NCBI GenBank assembly: GCA_963768715.1
Contig: CAVYJC010000010.1
Span: 85,199-149,198 of the forward strand
Length of the DNA stretch: 64,000 bases
Direction of reading: 5' to 3'
Source of the DNA: an uncultured Bacteroidota bacterium
GTDB lineage: Bacteria > Bacteroidota > Rhodothermia > Rhodothermales > DATKEJ01
The position numbers and the translations under genes were made by a program. The first letter of the stretch is position 1; the number at the start of each line of letters is the position of its first letter. Under the pieces are notes generated by a model, which saw nothing but the letters and a program-made list of their open reading frames with translations, was not told the origin of the DNA and ran no database searches. Of the stretch, positions 26,232 to 35,547 are shown one piece after another.

Positions 26232-26238
26232 AGTTCTG

Positions 26239-26946
26239 CTACCTCAATGACATGACGGTTCCGAGCGGATCAACGGCCACACCGGGCCCCATCGTCGGAG
26301 TCAGCGTAATCGAGCGAACGTAGGTCCCCTTGGAGGCCGACGGCCGCAGGCGGACAATCTCCTTGAGGAACGCGCGCGCGTTGTCCGTCAGCTGTTCCGT
26401 GGAAAAGGATGCCCGGCCAATCGAGGCATGGATAATTCCATAGCGGTCGACCCTGAAATCGATCTTGCCCGCACGAACGGCGTGTACCGCCTCGGTCACG
26501 TCGCGCGTGACAGTGCCCGTCTTCGGGTTCGGCATCAGACCGCGGGGGCCCAGAATGCGTCCCAACTGGCCGACCTGGGCCATAACGTCGGGCGTGGCGA
26601 TGACGACGTCGACATCGGTCCATCCACCTTTAATCTTCTCTACGTAATCATCGAGCCCTACGTGCTCGGCGCCGGCGTCTCGGGCCTCCTGCTGCTGTCC
26701 TTCGTTGGTCAGCACGAGCACGCGGACGGTCCGACCCGTCCCGTGCGGCAGTGACACCGAGCCTCTGACCATCTGGTCAGCGTGGCGCGGATCGACACCA
26801 AGCCGAACATCGATGTCGATCGATTCGTCAAATTTTGCTGTCGCGACCTTCTTGACGAGGTCGCTGGCGACTTCCAACGCTGCAGGAAGCTCAGCCTCAG
26901 CGAGCAACTCCGCATGCTGTTTGGAGCGCTTTCCTTTCTTTGCCAT
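26239..26946 (-). CDS. rplA: 50S ribosomal protein L1
   Basis: [37 protein letters not shown] and TMGPG. Confidence 0.99.
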   Translation of the reverse strand: MAKKGKRSKQHAELLAEAELPAALEVASDLVKKVATAKFDESIDIDVRLGVDPRHADQMVRGSVSLPHGTGRTVRVLVLTNEGQQQEARDAGAEHVGLDDYVEKIKGGWTDVDVVIATPDVMAQVGQLGRILGPRGLMPNPKTGTVTRDVTEAVHAVRAGKIDFRVDRYGIIHASIGRASFSTEQLTDNARAFLKEIVRLRPSASKGTYVRSITLTPTMGPGVAVDPLGTVMSLR

Positions 26947-26961
26947 CAGGAAAGTTGTTGT

Positions 26962-26997
26962 GCGGTGCGTGCGCCCAACTCCGGTGCGGGCTCCCGC
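26962..26997 (-). promoter_or_regulatory. Probable L1 autoregulatory binding site between rplK and rplA
   Basis: The mRNA reads GCGG-GA-GCCC...GGGC-GCACGCA-CCGC. This is the asymmetric-loop two-stem layout with the GGGAG motif typical of L1-binding mRNA sites, ending 15 nt before the rplA ATG. Confidence 0.65.
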
Positions 26998-27016
26998 GGT
27001 GAACAGATCGAACCGG

Positions 27017-27460
27017 CTATTGACCGGAGACGGGTCGACCAGTAACTGTTATCCCCATCGACCTGGCCGTACCGGCAACCATGGACGCCGCCGCATCCAG
27101 ATCCGTAGCGTTCAGGTCTTCCAATTTGGTCTGCGCGATCTCGCGACACTGGTCCCACGACACCGACGCAACCTTCTGTCGCCGAGAGTCGGGACTCCCC
27201 TTCTCGATTGCCGCCGCCTTCAACAGAAGGATGGCCGCAGGAGGACTCTTCACGATGAACGTGAAAGACTTGTCGGCGAAAACCGTAATTACAACAGGAA
27301 GCACCAACCCCATGCGATCCTGCGTCGCAGCATTGAACTGCTTGCAGAATTCCATGATATTGACGCCGCGCTGACCCAGCGCAGGCCCGATCGGTGGAGC
27401 AGGACTCGCCTGACCGGCCTTTATTTGAAGCTTGATGTAGCCTTCTACCTTCTTTGCCAT
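27017..27460 (-). CDS. rplK: 50S ribosomal protein L11
   Basis: [28 protein letters not shown] and GTARSMG. Start taken at MAKK (27460). Confidence 0.98.
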   Translation of the reverse strand: MAKKVEGYIKLQIKAGQASPAPPIGPALGQRGVNIMEFCKQFNAATQDRMGLVLPVVITVFADKSFTFIVKSPPAAILLLKAAAIEKGSPDSRRQKVASVSWDQCREIAQTKLEDLNATDLDAAASMVAGTARSMGITVTGRPVSGQ

Positions 27461-27560
27461 TCTCGAAATCAGATTCCGGACATCACCCACTGCAAAATAG
27501 CCATCAACCGGCTAAGCGCAGACGAGCTATTACCGTTGGAGTTTTTGTAGGTTCCCGAAC

Positions 27561-28103
27561 TTAATGCTCACGTTCGACCTGGAGATAATCCAGTTCGAGC
27601 GGGGTCTTTCTTCCGAAGATGGAGACCATGACCTTGACCTTCATCTTGTCTGGAAACACCTCGTCGATTGTGCCCGTGAAGTTATTGAAGGGTCCATCGA
27701 CGACCTTGACCGGATCTCCCACATTGAAGGGCATTTCGGGTTGCTCTCCGGCCTCTCGGGCTTCGTCCATGCGCCCAAGAATGCGATTTACTTCGTCCTC
27801 GCGAAGCGCCACCGGCTGGTTTCCGGATGCCAGGAAGCCCACGACGGACGGAAGTCCATTGATCAGGTGGGTCATTTCGTTGTCGAGCTCGGCCTCTACG
27901 AGTACGTAACCCGGGAAGAACGTCTTCTGGCGCGTGCGCTTTTTCCCTTTGCGCATTTCGAACACCGTCTCGGTCGGGATCAGCACCTGATGGAGCTTCT
28001 TTTCCATGCCCAGCCGTTCTATCTCGCTCATCAGGTACTCACGCACCTTCTTCTCGTGTCCGGAAAGCGTGCGGAGCACGAACCATTTTACGGTGTTACC
28101 CAT
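27561..28103 (-). CDS. nusG: Transcription termination/antitermination factor NusG
   Basis: WFVLRTLSGHEKKV, FFPGYVLV, KOW GPFNNFTG and IFGRKTPLEL. Start taken at MGNT (28103). Confidence 0.98.
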   Translation of the reverse strand: MGNTVKWFVLRTLSGHEKKVREYLMSEIERLGMEKKLHQVLIPTETVFEMRKGKKRTRQKTFFPGYVLVEAELDNEMTHLINGLPSVVGFLASGNQPVALREDEVNRILGRMDEAREAGEQPEMPFNVGDPVKVVDGPFNNFTGTIDEVFPDKMKVKVMVSIFGRKTPLELDYLQVEREH

Positions 28104-28125
28104 GGGATAATTTCCTGATTCTGTT

Positions 28126-28305
28126 CTAGCTGTAGATGAACTGCAGCACACGGCTGATCACCTGATCCTGCCCGAAGATGAGGACGGCGATCAGCAACGA
28201 GGATATGAGCGTGAGGATAGTGTTGCTTATGAGCTCCTGCCGAGAAGGCCAGCTCACCTTGTGCACCTCCTTCATAACCTCGTTCATGTAAGTGACGATC
28301 TTCAT
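28126..28305 (-). CDS. secE: Preprotein translocase subunit SecE (59 aa, not in the ORF track)
   Basis: Translates as MKIVTYMNEVMKEVHKVSWPSRQELISNTILTLISSLLIAVLIFGQDQVISRVLQFIYS*: KVSWP motif plus one TM helix, lying between tRNA-Trp and nusG. Confidence 0.95.
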   Translation of the reverse strand: MKIVTYMNEVMKEVHKVSWPSRQELISNTILTLISSLLIAVLIFGQDQVISRVLQFIYS

Positions 28306-28321
28306 GTCCTATTGTCCTATT

Positions 28322-28363
28322 TGTCCAAAGTCTAACAACTGGTGACTAATAACCAATGACTAA
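28322..28363. repeat. Degenerate heptamer tandem array (6 units, consensus TGACYAA)
   Basis: tgtccaa agtctaa caactgg tgactaa taaccaa tgactaa. Confidence 0.8.
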
Positions 28364-28367
28364 GTTG

Positions 28368-28440
<73 letters not shown>

Positions 28441-28444
28441 TCGA

Positions 28445-28531
28445 TCAGTCATACGTCACTGGACACTAGTCATTAGAACCTGACCCTCAAGGGAGCGCCA
28501 GCGACTAATGACTGATATGATTAATGACTAA
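28445..28531. repeat. Inverted heptamer arrays (hairpin) between tuf and tRNA-Trp
   Basis: tcagtca tacgtca ctggaca ctagtca ttag ... cgactaa tgactga ta tgattaa tgactaa. The last unit overlaps the tuf TAG. Confidence 0.8.
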
Positions 28532-29718
28532 TCCAGGATTTTGGTGACGACGCCGGCGCCGACGGTACGACCGCCTTCGCGGATAGCGAAGCGCAGGCCG
28601 TCTTCCATGGCGATCGGCTGGATCAGCTTCACCGTGAACTGCGTGTTGTCGCCCGGCATGACCATCTCCACTCCCGCCGGCAGATCAATGTCGCCCGTTA
28701 CGTCCGTCGTACGGAAGTAAAACTGCGGCCGGTATCCCTTGAAAAACGGCGTGTGGCGGCCTCCCTCATCCTTCGAAAGCACGTACACCTCCGACTCAAA
28801 TTCCTTGTGCGGCGTCACCGATCCCGGCTTCGCAACCACCATCCCGCGCTCTACCGCCTCCTTGTCGATCCCGCGAAGCAGTAGCCCCACGTTGTCGCCC
28901 GCCTCACCGCGGTCCAAAAGCTTGCGGAACATCTCTACCCCCGTCACCACCGAAGACTGCTTCGCATCGTGGATCCCAAGAATGTCGACCGTCTCACCCA
29001 CCTTGATCACGCCCCGCTCGATCCGACCCGTCACCACCGTCCCGCGACCCGTGATCGAAAACACGTCCTCGATCGGCATCAAAAACGGCTTGTCCACGTC
29101 GCGCTCCGGCGTCGGAATGTAGCTGTCAACCGCTTCCATCAACTCCAGCACCGACTTCTCCCCGTCTTCCTCCCCGTTGAGCGCACGCAGCGCGCTTCCG
29201 CGGATCACAGGAATGTCATCGCCAGGAAACTCGTACTGGTTCAATAGATCGCGAATCTCCATCTCCACCAACTCCAACAACTCCTCGTCGTCGACCAGGT
29301 CCACCTTGTTCATGTACACGATCAGGTACGGAACTCCCACCTGACGCGCCAGCAAAATGTGCTCGCGCGTCTGCGGCATCGGCCCGTCCGTCGCCGCCAC
29401 CACCAGTATCGCCCCGTCCATCTGCGCCGCACCCGTAACCATGTTCTTTACATAGTCCGCGTGGCCCGGACAATCCACGTGCGCATAGTGACGATGCTCC
29501 GTCTCGTACTCCACGTGTGCCGTCGCGATCGTGATACCACGCTCTCGCTCCTCCGGCGCATTGTCAATCGAGTCAAACGAACGAATCGTCACCCCCGTTA
29601 CGTGCTTCGCAAGCACCATCGTGATCGCTGCCGTCAACGTCGTCTTACCATGATCAACGTGACCAATCGTACCCACGTTAACGTGAGGCTTCGTGCGCTG
29701 AAACGTCTCCTTTGCCAT
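28528..29718 (-). CDS. tuf: Elongation factor Tu
   Basis: [18 protein letters not shown] and [11 protein letters not shown], with an AAGGAG SD. Confidence 0.99.
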   Translation of the reverse strand: MAKETFQRTKPHVNVGTIGHVDHGKTTLTAAITMVLAKHVTGVTIRSFDSIDNAPEERERGITIATAHVEYETEHRHYAHVDCPGHADYVKNMVTGAAQMDGAILVVAATDGPMPQTREHILLARQVGVPYLIVYMNKVDLVDDEELLELVEMEIRDLLNQYEFPGDDIPVIRGSALRALNGEEDGEKSVLELMEAVDSYIPTPERDVDKPFLMPIEDVFSITGRGTVVTGRIERGVIKVGETVDILGIHDAKQSSVVTGVEMFRKLLDRGEAGDNVGLLLRGIDKEAVERGMVVAKPGSVTPHKEFESEVYVLSKDEGGRHTPFFKGYRPQFYFRTTDVTGDIDLPAGVEMVMPGDNTQFTVKLIQPIAMEDGLRFAIREGGRTVGAGVVTKILD

Positions 29719-29825
29719 AACTCCTTGTTGTCAATTGTCACATGTAAACATGACAAAAACGAGCCGCCTGAACGGCCAAACCCGGCAAGCTGTTTCCTCG
29801 CCGGCCGATTCTTGTCACTTCTTCG

Positions 29826-29897
<72 letters not shown>

Positions 29898-29900
29898 TGC

Positions 29901-29982
29901 TCAGCCATTGGTCACCAGACATTGGTTCTTGGCCCAGCCATGGCTCGAGCCTAATGACTAATGGCCAATGGCTAGTGACTAA
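29901..29982. repeat. Inverted heptamer arrays (5+5 units) between tRNA-Gly and tRNA-Thr
   Basis: tcagcca ttggtca ccagaca ttggttc ttggccc [agccatggct cg] agcctaa tgactaa tggccaa tggctag tgactaa. Confidence 0.85.
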
Positions 29983-29988
29983 CATCAG

Positions 29989-30061
29989 AGCGGGAGACGA
30001 GACTCGAACTCGCGACCCTCAGCTTGGAAGGCTGATGCTCTACCAACTGAGCTACTCCCGC
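29989..30061 (-). tRNA. tRNA-Gly (TCC)
   Basis: GCGGGAG acceptor stem and anticodon arm TCAGC-CTTCCAA-GCTGA. Confidence 0.97.
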
Positions 30062-30064
30062 GGG

Positions 30065-30224
30065 CTGGTTGTTGGACACTAGACATAGTCACTGGTATTC
30101 ACAGTTAGTGGCTGACCAAAGCTGTGAGACCCGATCATGCCAAGACCGAACGTCAAAATACAAAAGAACAACTCATACCTGGTCATTACTCACCAGTGAC
30201 CAATGTCCCGTGTCCAATGACTAA
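30065..30224. repeat. Inverted heptamer arrays enclosing about 95 nt between tRNA-Tyr and tRNA-Gly
   Basis: ctggttg ttggaca ctagaca tagtca ctggt ... accag tgaccaa tgtcccg tgtccaa tgactaa. Perfect 9-bp (GTCACTGGT/ACCAGTGAC) and 8-bp (TTGGACAC/GTGTCCAA) pairings. Confidence 0.8.
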
Positions 30225-30227
30225 TCG

Positions 30228-30309
30228 TGGGCAGGGGAGGATTCGAACCTCCGAAGGCTAAGCCAGCAGATTTACAGTCTGCCCCGTTTGACCGCTTCGG
30301 TACCTACCC
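30228..30309 (-). tRNA. tRNA-Tyr (GTA)
   Basis: GGGTAGG acceptor stem, anticodon arm GCAGA-CTGTAAA-TCTGC and a long variable arm. Confidence 0.97.
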
Positions 30310-30330
30310 GGTTTCCAATTATCTCGGAAG

Positions 30331-30403
30331 AGCTGGCGAAGGGACTCGAACCCCCGACCTGCTGATTACAAATCAGCTGCTCTACCAACTGAGCTACGCC
30401 AGC
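30331..30403 (-). tRNA. tRNA-Thr (TGT)
   Basis: GCTGGCG acceptor stem and anticodon arm GCTGA-TTTGTAA-TCAGC. Confidence 0.97.
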
Positions 30404-30544
30404 ATGTCTCATCTAACTCTACGAAGAACTGAACCACGAGAAGATCTGCGCCGACACCAGCCCACTCCGTACACGAGACCTCACCCGGCAACGCAATTCC
30501 GCCAGATAGAAAAGCTAGGAAACGTGCAGTGAAGACAGAATTAA

Positions 30545-30574
30545 AAGGTACGACCCGCGTTCTTTTCTTGTCAA
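30545..30574 (-). promoter_or_regulatory. Putative sigma70-type promoter of the tRNA-tuf operon
   Basis: Minus strand TTGACA-N18-TACCTT, about 140 nt upstream of tRNA-Thr(TGT). Confidence 0.6.
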
Positions 30575-30692
30575 TAAATCGAGGTGGGCTGTTTTGTCGG
30601 TTTATCGTGAATCCGGTCTGTGACTGCACTGAGCAGACTGAAGGGGCGTCCTTGCTTAACAAAGAAGTCACGTTTCGCCCGCGCGCTCCAGC

Positions 30693-30722
30693 TTGGTATG
30701 TTCTGACCGCTGGTGGTATATT
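30693..30722 (+). promoter_or_regulatory. Putative promoter of tRNA-Gln-prs-rplY-pth
   Basis: TTGGTA-N18-TATATT, 34 nt upstream of the tRNA. Confidence 0.45.
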
Positions 30723-30756
30723 TAATGTTTCTCGAAAATCGCCGTTTTGGCGAGCT

Positions 30757-30827
30757 TGCCCGGTCGTCTAATGGCAGGACAGCGGCCTTTGGAGCCGTAC
30801 GTGGAGGTTCGAATCCTCCCCGGGCAG
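30757..30827 (+). tRNA. tRNA-Gln (TTG)
   Basis: TGCCCGG/CCGGGCA acceptor stem, anticodon arm GCGGC-CTTTGGA-GCCGT and GTTCGAATC. Confidence 0.96.
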
Positions 30828-30897
30828 CGATAATAATCCAACCGATCGTGGCCGCCAAATGGTGTCGCGCCGTCGATCGCCCGTTTCTTCGAAACTG

Positions 30898-31857
30898 ATG
30901 TCTTTGTCTGTTTTCAATTCCAACGAACCGCGTCCCGTCGTTCTTTGCGCCGGGAGATCGAATCCTGCGCTTGCAAGCGGGATCGCGGACGCGTTTGGGG
31001 TGGAGTTGGGAGATCTGACGATTCGGAATTTTTCCGACGGCGAAGTTTACGTCAAGTTCGAACAGTCGATTCGGGGAACGGACCTTTTCATAATTCAGGG
31101 TACGCAGCCTCCCGCCGAAAATTTGATCGAGCTTCTGCTCCTCGTGGATGCCGCAAAGCGCGCTTCTGCGTCCAGGATCACGGCGGTAATACCCTACTTC
31201 GGATATGCCCGCCAGGACAGAAAGGATCGGCCTCGCGTATCGATTGCAGCGAAGCTCGTTGCCGACATGCTTTCCACTGCTGGCGTGAATCGCATCTTGA
31301 CGATGGATTTGCATGCGCCACAGATCCAGGGTTTCTTCGACATCCCCGTCGATCATTTGTACGGTTCAGCGCTCTTTATCGAGCACGTGAAACAGATCGA
31401 CATACCGAATCTGGTCGTCGTCGCACCCGACGTCGGCGCATCGAAGAGAGCACGGGCATATGCCTCCCGATTGAACTGTGATCTGGCCATGATCGACAAG
31501 CGTCGTCCACGACCGAACGAAGCCGAAGTCGTCAACATCATCGGTTCCGTAGCAGGAAAGAACGTCCTGCTGATTGACGATATGGTGGATACGGGCGGAA
31601 CGCTCGTCAATGGCGCAGCCGCACTCAAGAAGTCGGGCGCGCTCGAGATTTGGGCGGCCGGAACACACGGCCTTCTTTCTGGTCCGGCCTACGATCGCAT
31701 CGAGGCCTCCGAGATCAGTAAACTGCTTGTAACTGACACAATACCACTAACGCGGCAGTCGGATAGAATCGAGGTCCTTGGCGTCGCCACATATTTCGCG
31801 GATGCCATCCGGCGAATTTGCGTCGACGACTCGGTCTCCACACTGTTCGTCGAGTAA
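30898..31857 (+). CDS. prs: Ribose-phosphate pyrophosphokinase
   Basis: FSDGEVYV, PYFGYARQDRK, DLHAPQIQGFF and LIDDMVDTGGT PRPP loop. Start taken at 30898. Confidence 0.97.
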   Translation: MSLSVFNSNEPRPVVLCAGRSNPALASGIADAFGVELGDLTIRNFSDGEVYVKFEQSIRGTDLFIIQGTQPPAENLIELLLLVDAAKRASASRITAVIPYFGYARQDRKDRPRVSIAAKLVADMLSTAGVNRILTMDLHAPQIQGFFDIPVDHLYGSALFIEHVKQIDIPNLVVVAPDVGASKRARAYASRLNCDLAMIDKRRPRPNEAEVVNIIGSVAGKNVLLIDDMVDTGGTLVNGAAALKKSGALEIWAAGTHGLLSGPAYDRIEASEISKLLVTDTIPLTRQSDRIEVLGVATYFADAIRRICVDDSVSTLFVE

Positions 31858-31897
31858 ATCGACGGACAAGCCGCTCATACAACGAAGAACCACTGAG

Positions 31898-32551
31898 ATG
31901 GAATCCCTAGTACTGGAAGTATCCTCGCGCGACGTCGGTAAGAAGGCGGCCAAGGCGGTTCGCAATCGTGGGAACGTACCGTGCGTACTGTATGGCCGCG
32001 GGGTGACCCCGGTCCACTTCGAAGTGCCCGAGCTAAGCCTGCGGCCGCTCATCTACACTTCCGAGACCCATACCGTCGACGTCAAAATAGACAAAGACTC
32101 CTGGTCGTGTATCCTGCGCGCCATCGACTTTAACCCGATGACCGATGCACCCTCGCACGCCGACTTTCAAGTCCTGCAGCAGGGTGAAATGATCCGGATC
32201 ACCGTACCGATTCAGTTCCACGGGACACCCGCGGGCCAGCTCGAGGGCGGTGTTACCCAGGTCGTTCTGACCGAGCTTGAAATCGAGTGCTTCCCGAAAG
32301 ACATCCCGGGTCACATCGACGTTGACATCGCAGGGTTGCTCATCGGCGACACGCTGCACGTTTCGGATCTCGACCTGGGCAATGTCTCTGTGCTCACCAG
32401 CCCCGGACAGACCATGGTCACGGTTGCCGGTGCAGCTCCCGAGATCGAGGAAGAGGTCGAGGAACTCGAGGAAGGCGAAGGCCTCGAAGAAGGAGCAGAA
32501 GGAGCGGACGAGCTCGAAGGCGAGGAGTCCGAAGAAGAGGACGAGGACTGA
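31898..32551 (+). CDS. rplY: 50S ribosomal protein L25/Ctc
   Basis: GNVPCVLYG, HADF and GDTLHVSDL motifs with an acidic tail; lies between prs and pth. Confidence 0.96.
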   Translation: MESLVLEVSSRDVGKKAAKAVRNRGNVPCVLYGRGVTPVHFEVPELSLRPLIYTSETHTVDVKIDKDSWSCILRAIDFNPMTDAPSHADFQVLQQGEMIRITVPIQFHGTPAGQLEGGVTQVVLTELEIECFPKDIPGHIDVDIAGLLIGDTLHVSDLDLGNVSVLTSPGQTMVTVAGAAPEIEEEVEELEEGEGLEEGAEGADELEGEESEEEDED

Positions 32552-32587
32552 TCGACCGATCCCGAACTGGTGTGATTATTCGACTCA

Positions 32588-33208
32588 ATGGCCGGTACAC
32601 GCCTTATCGTGGGTCTTGGAAATCCTGGTCCGAAATACGCGGGTTCGCGTCATAACGTGGGCTTCGACACGATCGACAGGATCGCCGACAAGATCGGACT
32701 GCCGATGGATGAGAGCGCTCTCCTGCGCGCTGTCCATCGGCTGACCGGGTCCGGGCTCTACCACGCAGCGACAGGCAAACATCGAGGGCGATCGATCGTG
32801 CTCGCGAAACCGACAGCGTTCATGAACAGAAGTGGAGCAGCCGTCAAGAAGATGAAGGGCCGCTATGGCGTCGACGACCGGGACATCCTGGTCGTCGTCG
32901 ACGACATCTATCTTGACATTGGAACGCTCCGAATCCGACCCTCCGGAGGTTCAGGTGGACATAACGGCGTTCAGGACATAATCGACGAATTAGATTCGGA
33001 CAATTTTCCCAGAATCCGCATCGGCGTGGGCGGTAGTTTTCGCCGCGGTCGTCAAGCAGAGTACGTGCTCGAATCCTTTTCTGACGATGAACGACCTCTA
33101 GTCGATGAAATAATTGATCAAGCCGCTGAAGCGGCACTGACGTTCGTCACCGAAGGCGTCGTTACCGCAATGAATCGCTTCAATCAGCGAAAAGGAGGGT
33201 CTTCCTGA
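32588..33208 (+). CDS. pth: Peptidyl-tRNA hydrolase
   Basis: LIVGLGNPG, RHNVGF, KPTAFMNRSG, GGHNG and RIRIGVG. Confidence 0.97.
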   Translation: MAGTRLIVGLGNPGPKYAGSRHNVGFDTIDRIADKIGLPMDESALLRAVHRLTGSGLYHAATGKHRGRSIVLAKPTAFMNRSGAAVKKMKGRYGVDDRDILVVVDDIYLDIGTLRIRPSGGSGGHNGVQDIIDELDSDNFPRIRIGVGGSFRRGRQAEYVLESFSDDERPLVDEIIDQAAEAALTFVTEGVVTAMNRFNQRKGGSS

Positions 33209-33346
33209 ATGAACCCGAATTCTGGGAAAGACCCCCGGGAACCAATCGGAAGCAGAGATGGGGACATGCCCTTTCGGCCGGTCGCCCATCCATTCGCCGC
33301 CGCCACGTCTGCGGCACATGATAGCACTTAACACAAGGTATAAGGA

Positions 33347-35443
33347 ATGGATGCCACTACGTATATGATCGCCGTGCCCGTGGCCGGTCTTATCGCACTG
33401 TTTTACGCGTTCCTGCGTGCGCGATGGGTTGGCCGACAGGACCCCGGAACAGACGACATGCAGGAGATTGCAGCGGCTATCGCCGATGGGGCCCGCGCCT
33501 TCCTGCGACGTGAATACCGCATCCTGGGCATCTTCGTTGTCTGCGTTGCCGCACTGCTGGTCTTCGCCAACTGGGGAAGTGACACTTCGTCGCCTCTGGT
33601 CGCTCTCTCATTCCTGGTCGGCGCCCTTTGCTCCGGACTCGCCGGTTTTATCGGGATGACCGTCGCCACCAAGGCAAACGTGAGAACCACGAATGCCGCC
33701 ATAAAAGGCCTCGGACCGGCACTGAACGTGGCCTTCTCTGGCGGCCTTGTCATGGGTCTCTCAGTCGTTGGATTGGGCGTCCTGGGACTCGGATCGCTGT
33801 TCCTCGTCTATTCTCAGACGCTCGTATATGGCGACGTTGCGTGGAATTTTGCGCGCGTAATCAATGTCATCTCGGGCTTTTCACTCGGCGCCTCATCGAT
33901 TGCGCTGTTCGCCAGGGTCGGTGGAGGCATTTACACGAAAGCAGCCGACGTAGGCGCCGACCTGGCTGGGAAGGTGTATGAGGGCATACCGGAAGACGAT
34001 CCCCGTAACCCTGCCACCATTGCCGACAACGTTGGAGACAACGTCGGCGACGTCGCGGGAATGGGCGCCGACCTTTTTGAAAGCTATGTGGGATCCATCA
34101 TCGGAACGATGGTCCTTGGCGCGGCCTTCCTCGAGACATTTGCCGCCTCAGGTGTAGAGTCGCTCGCGGCCGTTCTGCTTCCGCTTGCCCTGGCGGCAGT
34201 AGGAATCATCGTGTCGATTCTCGGTTCGTTCTTCGTTCGTGTTAAAGAAGGCGGCAGCCCGCAGCATGCACTCAACATTGGTGAGTTCGGTGCTTCCTTC
34301 ATCATGGCGGCCCTCTCCTTCTTTATTATTCGCTTCATGCTTCCGACTGAGTGGGTGCTCGATGGTACCACCTACTCATCACTCGGCGTCTTCTATGCCG
34401 TCCTCATCGGACTGGCCAGCGGCGTGGCCATCGGGTTGATCACGGAGTATTACACATCGACCAGCAACAAACCGACGCTCGGCATTGCCACGCAGAGCAT
34501 AACCGGGGCTGCGACAAACATCATTGAGGGACTCGGGGTCGGGATGCGATCGACGGGATTACCTGCCGTAATTCTCGCCGTCGCTATTATAGGCGCCGCC
34601 CACTTCGCCGCCCTCTACGGCATTGCCATCGCAGCAGTAGGCATGCTATCAGTAACGGGTATTCAGCTTGCTGTCGACGCATACGGTCCGGTCAGCGACA
34701 ATGCTGGAGGAATTGCAGAGATGGCGCATCTTCCCCCGGAAGTCCGCGAGCGAACCGATATGCTCGATGCCGTTGGCAACACCACTGCGGCCATCGGGAA
34801 AGGATTCGCAATCGGATCCGCTGCTCTGACGGCGCTCGCGCTTTTCGCTGCATTCATGCAGCAGGCCGATGTCCCGACCATCGATGTCGCAAAGCCGACT
34901 ATTCTCGCCGGCGTTCTCATCGGAGGCGTCCTTCCATTTGTCTTCAGCGCCCTCGCAATGGGCGCTGTCGGACGCGCGGCGGGCGACATGATTGTAGAGG
35001 TGGGACGCCAGTTCCGGGAGATCCCCGGCCTTCGTGAGGGCACTGCCAAGGCGGAATACGCCAAGTGCGTCGACATTTCGACTGCTGCTGCACTCAAAGA
35101 AATGGTCATCCCAGGCCTCCTCGCTATCATCGTCCCGGTGACGATCGGGTTCATAGATAAGAACATGCTCGGCGGACTTCTCGTTGGCGTTACGGTTTCG
35201 GGCGTCTTGCTGGCGATCTTTCAGGCAAATGCCGGCGGCGCGTGGGACAATGCCAAGAAGCGGATTGAAAGCGGCATTACGATTGACGGGGTCTTGTATC
35301 AAAAGGGCAGCGATGCCCACAAGGCCGCCATCGTCGGTGACACGGTGGGTGATCCACTCAAGGACACCAGCGGGCCCAGCCTGAACATCTTGATCAAGCT
35401 GATTGCCGTCGTGGCGCTGGTGATCGCTCCGCTGATCAAGTGA
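33347..35443 (+). CDS. hppA: Membrane-bound K+-dependent (probably Na+-translocating) pyrophosphatase
   Basis: [30 protein letters not shown] and GNTTAA (Ala, not Lys, at the K+-dependence site), [10 protein letters not shown]. Confidence 0.96.
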   Translation: MDATTYMIAVPVAGLIALFYAFLRARWVGRQDPGTDDMQEIAAAIADGARAFLRREYRILGIFVVCVAALLVFANWGSDTSSPLVALSFLVGALCSGLAGFIGMTVATKANVRTTNAAIKGLGPALNVAFSGGLVMGLSVVGLGVLGLGSLFLVYSQTLVYGDVAWNFARVINVISGFSLGASSIALFARVGGGIYTKAADVGADLAGKVYEGIPEDDPRNPATIADNVGDNVGDVAGMGADLFESYVGSIIGTMVLGAAFLETFAASGVESLAAVLLPLALAAVGIIVSILGSFFVRVKEGGSPQHALNIGEFGASFIMAALSFFIIRFMLPTEWVLDGTTYSSLGVFYAVLIGLASGVAIGLITEYYTSTSNKPTLGIATQSITGAATNIIEGLGVGMRSTGLPAVILAVAIIGAAHFAALYGIAIAAVGMLSVTGIQLAVDAYGPVSDNAGGIAEMAHLPPEVRERTDMLDAVGNTTAAIGKGFAIGSAALTALALFAAFMQQADVPTIDVAKPTILAGVLIGGVLPFVFSALAMGAVGRAAGDMIVEVGRQFREIPGLREGTAKAEYAKCVDISTAAALKEMVIPGLLAIIVPVTIGFIDKNMLGGLLVGVTVSGVLLAIFQANAGGAWDNAKKRIESGITIDGVLYQKGSDAHKAAIVGDTVGDPLKDTSGPSLNILIKLIAVVALVIAPLIK

Positions 35444-35547
35444 TCGATCTGCCGTATTCCTTTCTTTACGGGAAGGAATGTATATTAATCTTCTCTTGCA
35501 ATAACGGCCCTCGAAGGCACCGGGCTGAATAGACGATGCGCTAAGGC

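Noticed and set aside
32446-32548. Purine-rich low-complexity GAR repeat tract
   Set aside because: Encodes the usual acidic tail of L25/Ctc.
35478-35487. AATGTATATTA resembling the core of the E. coli dif site, about 2 kb from a Xer-like gene
   Set aside because: The flanking XerC and XerD arms do not match, and the same GTATATT recurs as a probable -10 element before other operons.
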